Shown: positions 45,529 through 55,495 of the stretch, in pieces | Position numbering within the stretch: the stretch's first letter is position 1 | How the letters are laid out: each line of letters opens with the position of its first letter | Virus record (IMG/VR): IMGVR_UViG_3300038974_000259 | Span: 1-57,173 of that record | DNA: 57,173 nt | Strand: one strand, 5' to 3' | DNA from: a virus | Lineage: Duplodnaviria; Caudoviricetes | The notes under the pieces: model-generated | Seen by the model: only the letters and a program-made list of their open reading frames with translations | The model's database searches: none | Told to the model about the DNA's origin: nothing | Position numbers and translations under genes: made by a program

Positions 45529-46311
45529 TCACTTCTCCTTTATCCAATACCAGTCCATGTATGGAGTATGGTTTGTTAATGCTTTAGAAACGTTATGTGC
45601 GACAGTCTTCTTGTTTGCTTTTGGCTGACTCTTTACAATACGATTGTATGCCCAGGTAATAGCCTGTTCTTTAGATTTAAAATACTTTGGTTTAGCTTCC
45701 TTATTCTTAGCATGAGTGAGTTTGATAATATGCGGCGGGGCTTTAGGCGCTTCTATAATCTTTTGCTCTTCAAATGGACTCTCAATAAGAGGGGGACTAT
45801 TTTTAATATAAGTCATCAATTTTCGCAGTTCAATCGCATCATCCAGAGGGTCATGGGTTTGGTCAGAAATATCAGGTTCAAAATATTTAAGAGCCTTATG
45901 AAGTCCAATAGACTTGGAGTGAAAGAACTTTTTGACCTTGTGCGAATCATCCAAGAGAGAATTCGCAAGATTGAGTACAAAATCTCGGATTTCAGAATCA
46001 TCCATTTTATTTGCTGTGTTAATTAAAAAGATAGGGTCACTATCTCCATAACAGTGGTAAAATACTGGTGTATTTGATTCTGCGCACATTTCACAAATCC
46101 AATTATATAGGTCAGAAAAAGCTTGTTTTGCTTTTGGAGCTCCTATCAGCATCTCTTTTGTGATACCAGTGAGGTTTGTTATGAAGTTTGTAAGTTTGTC
46201 GCCTTTTCGCAGACCTACAAGGCAATCAAAATCACCATATTCGCATGATGCTCCTATAGCAATTACTCTTTCAGAAAATTGAGTTGCCTCAAAGTCAAAA
46301 TATATGTCCAT
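45529..46311 (-). CDS. DEDDh 3'-5' exonuclease
   Basis: YFDFEAT, ITNLTGIT, YGDSD and HDPLDDA. Confidence 0.85.
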   Translation of the reverse strand: MDIYFDFEATQFSERVIAIGASCEYGDFDCLVGLRKGDKLTNFITNLTGITKEMLIGAPKAKQAFSDLYNWICEMCAESNTPVFYHCYGDSDPIFLINTANKMDDSEIRDFVLNLANSLLDDSHKVKKFFHSKSIGLHKALKYFEPDISDQTHDPLDDAIELRKLMTYIKNSPPLIESPFEEQKIIEAPKAPPHIIKLTHAKNKEAKPKYFKSKEQAITWAYNRIVKSQPKANKKTVAHNVSKALTNHTPYMDWYWIKEK

Positions 46312-46343
46312 TGGCTTACCAACCCTTTCATTTTTATATTATT

Positions 46344-46372
46344 ATTATATTATATTTTTATATAAAAATCAA
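46344..46372 (-). promoter_or_regulatory. Sigma-A-like promoter
   Basis: TTGATT-17-TATAAT. Confidence 0.65.
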
Positions 46373-46381
46373 AAAGAAGCT

Positions 46382-46441
46382 GCGGCTGGCGGTGAAGAGG
46401 TCTGAAAGACCAGACCAAAAGTTCATTTCACCGCCGGCCGC
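46382..46441. repeat. 60-nt structured intergenic element, copy A
   Basis: GCGGCTGGCGGTGAA...TTCACCGCCGGCCGC stem; aligns without gaps to 55496..55555. Confidence 0.8.
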
Positions 46442-46444
46442 TAT

Positions 46445-47269
46445 TCACCTTTCAAAAATTGTCGGGAAAACATCATCAGCATAAAACATAGGCGACTTGC
46501 TCAACCACCAGTCAAGTTGTTCTCCGTCTGACTTAAGATAGTCTATCCATCTTTCCCAAATAGCTTTAATATCTTCAGTATCATTAAAGAACTGTTCAAC
46601 ACCAGGTCGCTCAAGTCGGTCAGAGTGATAGTGTGCAAAACACCAAACAGTCCACTTGAAGCACTGACCAAGCTCTTCCAGGAACAGCTCCATAGATTTA
46701 TCAACTTTACTCTGGTCAATACCATTAAGGAATAAGTCAGTAGGCTCCCAGTTAATGGGGCAGGTATGAGAAAGTACAATGTCAACTTCTTCATTAGTTA
46801 AATCTGCTGTACATTGAAGCATTTCCTCTTCAGAAAGTTGTTCATTGTCATACCACCTATATCCCTTTTCAAGTCGATACCACTTATCAACAGAATAAGC
46901 TCCGCCAATCACAGCGACTTTGAATTTCCCAATTCGATAAATACCCCAGTCTTTAAAATACTTGATATTTGGCCACTTCTTTTGGACATAAACTTCACCT
47001 TCTACATCTTCGTCGAAAACAAGCTCCATACCAGGAACATCTTGCGGCCGAGCCTCATGGTTGCCACGGACGCAGTATACCTTAAACTTATACCTTTTGG
47101 ATAAGAAATTTTTCATATGGCTGTCATTCTCGTCCAGGGACCAATTAAGTCCAGCATCGCCAAGGATGATTACAGCGGTTTCTTCGTCTTGTTGAACTTT
47201 TTTATCATAGTTTTTGAACTTGGTGAAATTTCCGTGGCAATCGCCGGTTAAAAGCCAGTGCTTAATCAT
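46445..47269 (-). CDS. Calcineurin-like metallophosphoesterase
   Basis: TGDCHG, LGDAG, RGNHE, GGAYSVD, SHTCP and AHYH. Confidence 0.9.
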   Translation of the reverse strand: MIKHWLLTGDCHGNFTKFKNYDKKVQQDEETAVIILGDAGLNWSLDENDSHMKNFLSKRYKFKVYCVRGNHEARPQDVPGMELVFDEDVEGEVYVQKKWPNIKYFKDWGIYRIGKFKVAVIGGAYSVDKWYRLEKGYRWYDNEQLSEEEMLQCTADLTNEEVDIVLSHTCPINWEPTDLFLNGIDQSKVDKSMELFLEELGQCFKWTVWCFAHYHSDRLERPGVEQFFNDTEDIKAIWERWIDYLKSDGEQLDWWLSKSPMFYADDVFPTIFER

Positions 47270-47355
47270 ATAAATGGTCTCCTTTTATAATTAAAGAGAG
47301 TATGATATAGAAAAACGCTTTTTAAAATGAAATCATTATATAGCCACTTCATTTT

Positions 47356-47637
47356 TTATTTATCCCATCTATGTTCTAAATCAAGAGGACGATTTGATAT
47401 TATTCTCAAATGTCCACAGACTTTACAATAGCACTCTGTTTTATCCTCTGATAAGTATACTCGGTCAGTCTTAAGAGGCTGAGAACAACATAGATATTTA
47501 TCTTTTTTGCTGCGGCCGCAAGGAATAGTCCTTTTCTTGCCAAAATGTTTATATAAAAACCAGTCTATCTCAGCAAAGAAGCGTCTATTTATATCTATAT
47601 ATATTTCAAGAGGCAGGTATTTATTGTTAATTTTCAT
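47356..47637 (-). CDS. Hypothetical Cys-rich protein
   Basis: 93-aa ORF with CKVCG. Confidence 0.6.
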   Translation of the reverse strand: MKINNKYLPLEIYIDINRRFFAEIDWFLYKHFGKKRTIPCGRSKKDKYLCCSQPLKTDRVYLSEDKTECYCKVCGHLRIISNRPLDLEHRWDK

Positions 47638-47962
47638 TAGTTTTCCTCCTGGGCTTTCGTATAATTTTTACAATCTTCGGCTGCTGCGGCCTCATATCCG
47701 CCCCGCAATTAGGGCAAAAGTTCACCAAGTAATCTTCTATGAACCCGCACAATGGGCATTCGTAATAGTCTATCATGTGTGCATAATCTCTGTTTTTTGG
47801 AGGGGTTATCCATCGTGCCCGAACCACAGGCCGAACATCGGCGTCAGGAATGGATTCAATATTGCTTAAGCAAGCGTTCCATCCCGCATTGAAATAATCT
47901 GCTTCGAAGAATCCTCGCTCTTTCTCTTTTGGCAGCGCCTCGCGTTCAATATATTTAGCCAT
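47627..47962 (-). CDS. Zinc-ribbon phage protein
   Basis: IPDADVRPVVRARW...CPLCG...FCPNCGADM. Confidence 0.75.
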   Translation of the reverse strand: MAKYIEREALPKEKERGFFEADYFNAGWNACLSNIESIPDADVRPVVRARWITPPKNRDYAHMIDYYECPLCGFIEDYLVNFCPNCGADMRPQQPKIVKIIRKPRRKTNEN

Positions 47963-47971
47963 TTTTTCACC

Positions 47972-48220
47972 TCATAGCAAAGTAATTAGTTTTAATATAA
48001 AAAGTATTGCTAATGTAAAAACAGAGCAGACAAGTATGGCAGAAGATATAAGTACAGCTATCCATAGTATCTTTAGAAGAAGAGAATTTTCCTCATCTTT
48101 ATCAAGTTTATACGAGAGAAAAGAATATAACATAAATAAAAAAACAGTTATAAGTACTGATATATAGGATATCAAGAGTGTAATTACAGGCATTGAGTAG
48201 TTCATTATATCTTTTCCCAT
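47972..48220 (-). CDS. Two-TM membrane protein
   Basis: Hydrophobic 82-aa ORF in the operon. Confidence 0.6.
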   Translation of the reverse strand: MGKDIMNYSMPVITLLISYISVLITVFLFMLYSFLSYKLDKDEENSLLLKILWIAVLISSAILVCSVFTLAILFILKLITLL

Positions 48221-48501
48221 TCCTCCAACGCGCGTTGTTTGTAATACTTGTATTCATCAATGGAAGCACAATGATTCCAAATGAATCCATCAATACTGTG
48301 TTCTACGCAAGATCTTGAGTCCCACAAAATCCAATCTTTAAAATAACGAAGTTCTGCTATTTTCTCCCAAAAGGTTTCTGGAAAGGGGTGCTGTTTCATT
48401 ATAATTGCCTTTATCCTAACATAGTTTTTATATTCTCTTTTTATTATTTTAACTGTATATCCAGTTTGATCAACATAATAATCTTTATACTTCACTTCCA
48501 T
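48205..48501 (-). CDS. Hypothetical protein
   Basis: 98-aa ORF overlapping its neighbours. Confidence 0.6.
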   Translation of the reverse strand: MEVKYKDYYVDQTGYTVKIIKREYKNYVRIKAIIMKQHPFPETFWEKIAELRYFKDWILWDSRSCVEHSIDGFIWNHCASIDEYKYYKQRALEEWEKI

Positions 48502-48688
48502 CGAATTCTACCTCCATACTCCCATCCGGATTTTTTGCTATTATCATTTGATCCAGCTCAGCAAAAAAGGCATCTCTTCTCTGAATAATCTCCACCTGCT
48601 GGCATCTCTCAATGAGAGCGTTAATTTCATCTTCACTCATCACAAGGTATGAGTCTTCATAATGAGCCATTAGCAATACCTTCCTCAA
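48485..48688 (-). CDS. Hypothetical protein
   Basis: 67-aa ORF. Confidence 0.55.
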   Translation of the reverse strand: MRKVLLMAHYEDSYLVMSEDEINALIERCQQVEIIQRRDAFFAELDQMIIAKNPDGSMEVEFDGSEV

Positions 48689-48701
48689 TCATTTGTGTTC
48701 A

Positions 48702-48914
48702 TTACTCCTTATACTTACCTTGTTCATAAACGTATTCCAAGTATCTAAAATGGTCTTCTGCGGCCCTTTCTGTTTCAAAAGACCGTTTTGAGCTCCAGCC
48801 GCAGCTTCTACAATATGGGTAGCACACTGGACTGAGAGTATCCCAATCTATGAACCTTGTAATGGTTATCTCACCGCCGCAATAAAAACAGCGCATGATA
48901 TTATCGCTCATCAA
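48702..48914 (-). CDS. Lar-like zinc-finger protein
   Basis: CFYCGG...CRSCG...FETERAA. Confidence 0.55.
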   Translation of the reverse strand: MMSDNIMRCFYCGGEITITRFIDWDTLSPVCYPYCRSCGWSSKRSFETERAAEDHFRYLEYVYEQGKYKE

Positions 48915-49226
48915 TTACCCTTCCTCTGCCGGAATGATAGTGGGAGCGTTTTCTATATTATCAATGTGAACATATCGATAAGGCTTTCCGTTAAGTGGAA
49001 CAGCCGTACTTATTGGCAACGCATCCAGATCGCCCAGTCGTCCATGCGGTGGAACTGAGATTACGTTGTATGTTCCTTCAAATGTGCCAATATAGCTTTT
49101 TAACTCTACTTTACCATCTGGATAAACTACTATTGCGCCGTTGAGATTATATACCTCAGGAGTGTTATTTCTCTTTGAATAATCAGACAATTCCGGAAGA
49201 TTTACGCCTTCAATATAAATACTCAT
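48915..49226 (-). CDS. Hypothetical phage protein
   Basis: PPHGRLGD...IENAPTIIPAEE. Confidence 0.7.
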   Translation of the reverse strand: MSIYIEGVNLPELSDYSKRNNTPEVYNLNGAIVVYPDGKVELKSYIGTFEGTYNVISVPPHGRLGDLDALPISTAVPLNGKPYRYVHIDNIENAPTIIPAEEG

Positions 49227-49639
49227 TACTGACCTCCGAAATCTTCGGCGATCTCATGGGCGGTAATCCTTACGGGCTTTAGCATTTGCGGCAGAAACTC
49301 AAGCTCATAACTATACGGACTTACTTCTGTTCCGCTCAGATCCTCTACCGTATACATCGTATAATCGTTCAGATATACAAAGTGCTTTTGGTATACACCT
49401 TTTTCAACCTCTACAATCACAGACAGTTCATCATTGCCCTCGTTTTTCAGAGCAAAATTTCCGGTCATCTGCATGAGCACAGTATCGGTGCGGATATTGA
49501 ACACGGTCAACCGGCGCGTCACGTTGAAATTGTCTGCTTCTTTTGATACATTATATGCGACACGGTCGCTCTCGCGGCATCCAGCCAGAACGCTACACAT
49601 CAAAACAAGTGCAATAACGATTACGAGGATTTTCTTCAC
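49226..49639 (-). CDS. Putative lipoprotein
   Basis: Signal peptide with LAGC lipobox. Confidence 0.8.
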   Translation of the reverse strand: MKKILVIVIALVLMCSVLAGCRESDRVAYNVSKEADNFNVTRRLTVFNIRTDTVLMQMTGNFALKNEGNDELSVIVEVEKGVYQKHFVYLNDYTMYTVEDLSGTEVSPYSYELEFLPQMLKPVRITAHEIAEDFGGQ

Positions 49640-49749
49640 TGTTTTTTCTCCTTTCGCTTTCCTTTTTGTTCATTTACTGCTCTTTTTAAGACTTTACATC
49701 CACCGCATCTATTTCTATTTCTACAAAACCAACAGTTATCATTATCCAT
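49636..49749 (-). CDS. Small Cys-rich hypothetical protein
   Basis: 37-aa ORF MDNDNCWFCRNRNRCGGCK, GTGA overlap with the next gene. Confidence 0.4.
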   Translation of the reverse strand: MDNDNCWFCRNRNRCGGCKVLKRAVNEQKGKRKEKKQ

Positions 49750-49789
49750 GAAAAACCACGGCGGCGGTTGAGGTCTTGGCTTTCTTTTT

Positions 49790-50650
49790 TTATATTTCAT
49801 TCTTTTGTTTTATTTCTACACTTATAACTTCTTTTACAGTGAATAAATCATTTATTACAGAATGTTTCATAATTTGATAAGCTATGTCATCAAGAAGGAA
49901 ATCAACAGAGCTGTCTACTGGGTCATTTTTATGTTTTTCCACAAAATCATCGCAGACATTGTGAATATGATTATAGCTTTTATTTGCTATTTCACGGGCG
50001 TCTTCAAGGTTATAATAACCCATTTTAACATCTTTGAGGTAGTCAGACTTTTTTGAAATTAAACAATCTCCATATGGTTCACCTGCTAAATATCTATCAA
50101 GATATTCTTCAACTCTTAAAAGATGATGTAGTTGTTTTGGATCGTATCCAAACTTCTCAATCCAAGTCATGCGAGAGGGATAATGATGTTCCATAGCGAA
50201 ATATTTTTCAGATGCGATACCCATCATAGATTTTACACTTCTGACAGGATTATAATGCGTAATTTCTTCTCTGTGCTCAATTAATCTATTCCACTGTTTC
50301 TGATATTCAAAATTCCTTATAATAAAATAAGGAGTATATAAAATCTCCAGAAAATTAAGATTTTGCTTTCTAAAAGTCGTCATATATAAACGGACATCTT
50401 TTAGGTCAATGTGTTCGTTGTTTTCTCTGATATGAGTGGTACTACGTGGTTTATACGCAAGAGCAATTTCTTTGAAAGTTGGTGTAGTAATACACTTTGT
50501 GTCTATATCAGAGTTTTCGTGCTCTAAACCATAGTTTTGTGAACCTTGTAAAAAAACTCCAACGACATTTCTCTCTGGAATCATACTGATAGCTTCTGTA
50601 TAGTGATTAAGGACTTTGTCCATGATATAAGAATCAGAATGAAAATTCAT
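49790..50650 (-). CDS. Pol-beta-superfamily nucleotidyltransferase
   Basis: QGSQNYGL...SDIDT, NFLEILYT and YDPKQLHH. Confidence 0.85.
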   Translation of the reverse strand: MNFHSDSYIMDKVLNHYTEAISMIPERNVVGVFLQGSQNYGLEHENSDIDTKCITTPTFKEIALAYKPRSTTHIRENNEHIDLKDVRLYMTTFRKQNLNFLEILYTPYFIIRNFEYQKQWNRLIEHREEITHYNPVRSVKSMMGIASEKYFAMEHHYPSRMTWIEKFGYDPKQLHHLLRVEEYLDRYLAGEPYGDCLISKKSDYLKDVKMGYYNLEDAREIANKSYNHIHNVCDDFVEKHKNDPVDSSVDFLLDDIAYQIMKHSVINDLFTVKEVISVEIKQKNEI

Positions 50651-50874
50651 TTCAACTTCTCCTTTCCAAAATCACTGAGCCAGTATACCATTTTGCCAGA
50701 AGAGTCGGGGCTCTTTCCAGCATATCCGGCGGAGATAAGAGGTCTCATAGTTCCAGAAATAGATTGAGGAGAAATCGACTCGCCAAATTTGCGATAGATA
50801 GCACCTTTAATCTGTACGCTATTCATACAGTCAAAGTCTTTCAGCACACTGATAATCATTTCTTTATTAGTCAT
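50647..50874 (-). CDS. Winged-helix DNA-binding protein
   Basis: AGGAGG RBS, MTNKEMI...SPQSISGTMRPLISAG. Confidence 0.7.
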   Translation of the reverse strand: MTNKEMIISVLKDFDCMNSVQIKGAIYRKFGESISPQSISGTMRPLISAGYAGKSPDSSGKMVYWLSDFGKEKLK

Positions 50875-50910
50875 ATTGAGAACCTCCTTATATAATTCTT
50901 TTATATTATT

Positions 50911-50991
50911 ATTATATAATAATTTTAATAAAATATCAACTTGGGGCAAATTTAATTAAGTTCTCTTCTTTATTTTTCATCTATTATAGAA
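50911..50991. promoter_or_regulatory. Back-to-back promoters: sigma-A-like (minus) and phage-specific (plus)
   Basis: TTGATA-17-TATAAT at 50939..50911; GGGCAAA-N27-CATCTATTATAGAA from 50944. Confidence 0.6.
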
Positions 50992-51016
50992 TAGGTTTAA
51001 AATAAGGAGGGTTTTT

Positions 51017-51361
51017 ATGCCTTTAATGACGTGGTTAAGTTCAGAGGGCCGTTGTCATTATAATACAGAGGAAGGAGATTATTCTAATCCAATTCCAGTA
51101 GATTATATGATGATTCCTCCGACTTTTATTACTTATAATGTTTAGCCAATAGAAAAGATAGACGAACAGAAAGTTAGAGAGACCTTATCTAAGATTTTTG
51201 AAGAAAAATCTGAAAGTTTTATTTCTCGCATATAGCTTTTAGTTGAAGAAAAAATGTCTGCTGACATAAATATGTCTATTGATGAGGCCATTCGGCAAGC
51301 ATTTTCTGAGTTAGGCGCGATTTCTAACGAAGAAATTGATGTAATTGTAGAAAATAATTAA
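51017..51361 (+). CDS. Putative virion fibre-associated protein (code 15)
   Basis: AAGGAGG RBS; 114 aa, 2 TAG; ends AISNEEIDVIVENN. Confidence 0.7.
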
Positions 51362-51380
51362 AAGAAAGGAAGATAATAAG

Positions 51381-52388
51381 ATGCCCTATACAAACAAAAA
51401 GTTTCTTGATTCCGCAGGTACCACTCATTTATGGGAAAAGATTAAGGCGGAATTAGATAAGAAAGGTCAAGTAAATAGTGTTTCTGCTGCTGATAATTCA
51501 ATTATCGTTGGAGGAACTGCTTCTGCCCCAACTCTATCAGTAAGAATTTCTCCAAGAGAAGGCAACTCATTAAGCCTTATTGCTCAAAACGGCAGTGAAG
51601 GTTTATATGTTAACGTTCCTACCGCTGCTGTATACAGCATTTCCAAAGATGATGAAGCTGCTTCTGGATATGCCGCAACCTATCACTTAACTGCGGACGG
51701 CGTTGAAACGGGCGCCGCAATCAACATTCCTAAAGATATGGTAGTATCTTCTGGTCAAGTTAAGACTGTTTCTACCGCAGATACCCCATATACTGGCGCT
51801 GCAGTTGGTGATACTTATATTGAACTGACTCTGGCAAATGCTACAAATGACAAGATTTATATTCCTGCTAATAGCCTGGTTGAATATGTCACTTCTGGCT
51901 CTGGCGCAAATGACGCAATTCAAATCGCAATTGATTCTAATCATTAGGTCACTGCTTCTATTAAAGCAGGTAGTATTACTGAAACAGAGTTAGATTCTAA
52001 CATAGTTGCTGCTTTAAGCAAGGCAGATAGCGCAATACAGAGCGTCACTGCTGGATCAACCAACGGCACCATTAGTGTTGATGGCTCTGAGGTTAGTGTT
52101 GCTGGTCTTGGAACGGCTGCCTTTGCTTCCGCTGCGACATTTGCGACAGCTGCTCAAGGAGCATTAGCTGATACTGCTGTTCAAAGCGTTATTGATGGTA
52201 CTGCTTCAAGTGGAAATGGTACTATTATTGTTGATGGTTCTGCTGTGACCGTTTATGGGTTAAGTACTGCTGCCTTTATGTCTGCTGATTCATTCGATGC
52301 TGCTGGTGAAGCAGCTGCCGTATATAGCGCAATTATTGCTCTAACAAATTCTGAAATTGATGCTGCTATTTCTGCGGCTAGCGTATAA
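51381..52388 (+). CDS. Putative virion fibre/decoration protein (code 15)
   Basis: 335 aa via one TAG at 51945; internal repeat ADxAxQSV..G..NGTI.VDGS.V.V.GL.TAAF; ends ALTNSEID. Confidence 0.75.
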
Positions 52389-52394
52389 GTAAAA

Positions 52395-52420
52395 TAAGGG
52401 GAGAGAAATCTCCCCTTATA
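52395..52420 (+). terminator. Intrinsic terminator
   Basis: ATAAGGGGAGA/TCTCCCCTTAT stem. Confidence 0.75.
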
Positions 52421-52444
52421 TTTTGAGAAAAAGGAAGTTTAGAT

Positions 52445-53965
52445 ATGTTAGCAAAGAAATTTCTTGATGCAGACGGCTTAACATACTTTGCCCAATTACT
52501 AAATGATTATCCGAATAATGAAATTCTTGGAGCAGTTATTGATGCAATAGACGGAGAATTAAGCACAAAAGCACCCAATACGTTAGCCACATAGTCTACT
52601 CCTGGACTCATGTCTCCAGCAGATAAAACCGTTATAGATAGTTTTAGTCCAAATATTGCTGAGACATTAACCCCATTAGCAAGCACTTTATATATAGCAA
52701 ATGCTAAGCAAGAAAATGCATTAGGATGCTTGTTAAACTTTGAGCCTAGAATTGGTGCTCGAATTCGTACTACTAATTTATTAAATGTGAATTTGATTAT
52801 TAGTGAATCATATCTTAGCGCGAGTGGAACGGTCACTTCAAGCATTAATGACTATTTAGGAGATTTTATTCCTGTTTCTCCAGGAGATGACATATATTAC
52901 ACTGGAATAGTTGGACCAACAACAGCATCTTCAGTAAACCGTCGTCTTCATGTATATACTGCAAATAAAACGTGGATTAAATAGATGAATTATGCTGGTA
53001 GTTTAAGAGTTGGAGATAGTTGGAGTGCGCATGGTACGGTGCCATCAAACGGCGCATATGTAAGAGTTTCTTGGGGTATTACAGATTATAATATTTAGAT
53101 AACTGTTGGAGCTCCAAGCGGCTATATGCCTTATGAAATTACTCCATTTATACCTCTTTCTACTACAGAAGATCCTGGCACATTAACATTATCGCATTAT
53201 ACCGATTAGACACAAGCAACAGGATAGACCTATAATATTTCCATTCCATCTAATGCAGGCTCAATTTATGCTTGTTAGGTTGACCCTATTGCAGGAATTT
53301 TAACTTCTACTGCTGGATATATAGGGTCTTATAATGGAGAATCCTTGCCTGGTTAGTGGTTTTCCGATAGAGACACTTATGTTGAGAATACTTCGCCAAG
53401 CATTGGCGCACAGGTTATTTATATGCTTGATGAGGAAGATTATGTAGAATATAATCTTACACCTATAATAATTTCTATGTATTATCATACAAATTACTTT
53501 TGTTGTGATTAGAATAGTACAATATTGTCTTTTATTTATTATGCTGAGACTTTAGCAGCTAATCATATTACCGCATACGAAGGTATAAAAGTAGGAAGTA
53601 TGGATTTTTCTGATGCGGATGTAGTGACTTGGAATAATACAGTGAATTTGATTTCTACTAAAGCAAATATAGACTCTCCAACTTTTACTGGAACGCCAAG
53701 AGCTCCTAATCCTACCATTGGAGATAGTTCTACTCGATTAGCAACTACAAGTTATGTTTCGGCAAGAATGAGTAATAATATTGCTCCTTCTGAATCAACT
53801 GCGAAAGCAACAAAAGACTATTCGGTTGGAAAGTATTTAATGTATAATGGATAGTTGTATAAAGTAATTAGTCCAATTTCAAATGGAGAATCTTTAACTA
53901 TAAATACAAATATATCAGCAACAGATGTTGCTACAGAGTTGAATTTATTATTCTCTCAAATTTAA
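52445..53965 (+). CDS. Tail fibre / receptor-binding protein (code 15)
   Basis: ATQ(TAG)STPGLMSPADK, SPTFTGTPRAP...LATTSYV fibre repeat, C-terminal YSVGKYLMYNGQLY; 506 aa with about 9 TAG. Confidence 0.8.
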
Positions 53966-53986
53966 GATAAAGGAGATTTAATAAAA

Positions 53987-54268
53987 ATGCAAAGACAAAT
54001 TTATGAAGTATATGCGAAAGTCGTTGATAGCACCGGAGCATATAATACTCTAAGTGGTTATCCAAAAGTATTTGACTCTCGTTCTTATGATAATGATATA
54101 GACAAAACTTTAAAGCGCGCTACTGGTGAATTTGCTGATACATGGGGCGCTTTTTGTAAGAGAGATGATCATCAATTACAAATGGTTCTTTTAATGACCG
54201 CAAGTGGTTATGTTATTGATAAAAAATGCTTAGGAGATATTGCAGATTTACCTGATGAAGAAAGCTAA
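53987..54268 (+). CDS. Hypothetical protein
   Basis: 93-aa ORF with AGGAG RBS. Confidence 0.75.
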   Translation: MQRQIYEVYAKVVDSTGAYNTLSGYPKVFDSRSYDNDIDKTLKRATGEFADTWGAFCKRDDHQLQMVLLMTASGYVIDKKCLGDIADLPDEES

Positions 54269-54307
54269 AAAAGGGGAGATACCTTAATTGGTATCTCCCC
54301 TTTTTTT
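54267..54307. terminator. Bidirectional intrinsic terminator
   Basis: A-tract, GGGGAGATACC/GGTATCTCCCC, T-tract. Confidence 0.9.
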
Positions 54308-54309
54308 AT

Positions 54310-54735
54310 TTATTCTAAAAAGTAATTAGAAAATAAATTAAAAATCTTTTGCCAGTCTTCTTCTCTAATTCCACCACAGCGATACTTTTCCAAAAGGTTG
54401 TAATAACAGATTGTCAAATATTCGCTGTCCATCCATCCTCGATAAAGGTTATCAAAACTTACTTCATTCCAATCTGGCTTTAATGAAACTATTTTGTCCC
54501 ATACGCTATTCATCGTGCGATAATTTCTGGAAGTCATTTCATCGCGGATTAGTTTGGAGTATGTGATAAAATGGTCAAAATCATAATCGAGAACTTTATT
54601 TACCAAGATATGATTTGGAGTACCCTTTGTTTGAATACTGCCAGCTATGGCGGAGCATTCTCTCCATTGAGCCACAAGCTGTTCTCTTGGTAATACGGAA
54701 ATTAAAGATTTGTGCCAGAGACGAATGATAATCAA
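54310..54735 (-). CDS. Pyrimidine dimer DNA glycosylase-like protein (DenV superfamily)
   Basis: RLWHKSLISVLPREQLVAQWREC...NHILVN. Confidence 0.75.
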   Translation of the reverse strand: MIIIRLWHKSLISVLPREQLVAQWRECSAIAGSIQTKGTPNHILVNKVLDYDFDHFITYSKLIRDEMTSRNYRTMNSVWDKIVSLKPDWNEVSFDNLYRGWMDSEYLTICYYNLLEKYRCGGIREEDWQKIFNLFSNYFLE

Positions 54736-55439
54736 CCCTCTTTCTAATATAAAAATTGTGTTGTTTCTAACTATAAATCCTGTATTGTAATTTTATCTTT
54801 CTGCGTATAAGGGATGCGAATTAATGGTATCTTATGATCTAGGCAATATTGATTTTTTTGTAAATCATGTTTTTGTGTTTTTTCAAAATTTTCTTGAGAA
54901 TTCCATCCAGTTTTTGAGATATATTGTGAAAAATGTTGCTCTCCGTCATATTCAATTAAATACACTAATTGATTATTTTGAAAAATCCCAAAATCAAAAC
55001 GCAGTTTTCTGCCGCTTTCACTGATTAAATCTTTAAAACTATACTAAGTTTTAAATAATATCTGATTTTTTCGTAATATTTCAGCAATAAGAATTTCTAT
55101 TTTTGAATTAATACATCCACAACTCTACTATAACCCCTATCTAAGAGCGTCTCCTTTTACAGTGATTTTATTTCCACAATCACAAACACAATCCCAGTAT
55201 AATCTTCTATCACTTCTAATTGATTTATTTAATACGGTTAGTTTACCAAACCTCTATCCGGTTAAATCTTCATAAAACTTTTTTGGATGAATTCCATTTT
55301 CTTTTAGCCTTCTACTTATTGTATCATTAGAACATCCAAAATATTTTGCTAATTCATAAGTATTCATTTTATGAGAAGTATAATTTTTTATAATAAAATT
55401 AATTTTTTCAGCATCCCACTAAATTCTTTTTCCAGGCAT
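54732..55439 (-). CDS. Free-standing putative homing endonuclease: HTH + Zn module + Vsr/DUF559-like nuclease (code 15)
   Basis: DLTGQ(TAG)RFGKLTV, WDCVCDCG, SCGC, LRFDF, IEYDGEQH and LIRIPY; 8 TAG including a TAG-TAG pair. Confidence 0.85.
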
Positions 55440-55495
55440 ATTTATCACTTTCCTTTTTATTTTATTATATAATATTTTTTTAATAAAATAAAAGT

